Assembly (NCBI GenBank): GCA_016748015.1 | Contig: JAAOMT010000445.1 | Coordinates: 372,001-436,000 of the forward strand | From: Geosiphon pyriformis uo1 | Taxonomy: Eukaryota > Fungi > Glomeromycota | Direction: 5' to 3' | Length of the DNA stretch: 64,000 bases | Shown: positions 63,028 through 64,000 of the stretch, piece after piece | How the letters are laid out: each line of letters opens with the position of its first letter | Numbering within the stretch: position 1 is the stretch's first letter | Position numbers and translations under genes: made by a program | The notes under the pieces: model-generated | The model's input: the letters and a program-made list of their open reading frames with translations, nothing else | The model's database searches: none | What the model was told of the DNA's origin: nothing

Positions 63028-63888
63028 TTTTGAGCTTTTTCAAGTTTAGACTTAATTGGATATAAAAATCTCTTTCCATTTAAATTTATTTTATTTTTAG
63101 GATTTCATATTGTACAAAATCTAAATTTTTGAATGAGGAATTTTCGGGATTCACTTGATGATTTATTTATATGTATATAAGTATGAGTAAATAGAATTTC
63201 TAAATTTAATTCTACCAAAAAAATTGAAAAATATTAGAATAAGGAAAAATAATGGGCTTAGGTAAATTTAGAAATATTCTATAAGGGATTTTTAATAGAG
63301 GAAAAGACTTTTTTCTGAAATGAATGTGTGAGCGGAAACATTTTGTGGGAAAAAATTTTAATCTGCATTAAAAATTAATCATTAGATACTCCTTTTTTAA
63401 AGTTTATAAAGATATTAAAAGAAAAAATTACATGAGATTTCTTTTTTGAAATCTCGGAAAAAGTGAATTCTCAATAGTATTTTTGTACAAGTTTCAATAA
63501 GTATTTGTTTTTTAAAAAAAAAATCACATACAGGGAAAAAAAATTACTAAAATTTAAATTTGGGCTGAAAAATCAAACATGCAAAGGCATGCAGTGGAAA
63601 AATTGTGCCCTATGACCGTGAAAAAATAGAAAGCAAACAGGCATATATAGAATTTCGCATGAATCAATGATTCCATGAACAGCTGATCTTTAATTAGAAT
63701 CAGTCATAATAGATCAACTTTTTTTTTCTTTACCCATTAAAAACAGTATCATTCATAGCGACAATAGAGAACAATGAGTATAAACCACCACATTTTTGTT
63801 AAAAAGGCTTAGAAATAGAAATTTTTTTATTTGTTATCGGATAATATTAAAATCTTTTAAGAAAATTATTTTTCATTTAGAATAGTTC

Positions 63889-63940
<52 letters not shown>

Positions 63941-64000
63941 TTATATTATAATATAAAGATGTGACGAATAAGAAATTCGGAAAGTCTTCCGGAATACTAA

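Noticed and set aside
62816-63079. 87-aa poly-Asn ORF
   Set aside because: Open only because of the (TAT)/(TAC) microsatellite; no other coding evidence.

Overview
Eukaryotic, very AT-rich, transposon-saturated window, probably from a fungus. The element proteins resemble Glomeromycotina (arbuscular-mycorrhizal/Geosiphon-like) TE proteins as I recall them; this is unverified. It holds five mutationally inactivated Ty3/Gypsy LTR retrotransposons: A <1-7382, B 7383-14206, C 26928-36796, D 38652-46387 (minus) and E 48582-59569. There are also at least five solo LTRs with 4-bp TSDs, one ~26-kb nest built inside a full-length RNase H-bearing LINE (~22330-48409), several LINE 3' fragments, and one intact 3-exon host gene (MAPEG family, 20610-21352) in a CpG-retaining island. 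Most notable is an architecture shared by all five Gypsy copies from three divergent families. Gag-PR-RT-RNaseH ends at a conserved stop; integrase is a separate ATG-initiated ORF behind a 30-61 nt A/C-rich spacer; and a conserved ~200-aa soluble accessory ORF ends at the polypurine tract. Four of the five copies also carry a triple zinc-finger block and a full five-motif dUTPase between protease and RT. All repeats show C>T/G>A hypermutation in CpG and non-CpG contexts (RIP-like). The LINE 3' UTR appears to fold into a double-pseudoknot RNA.
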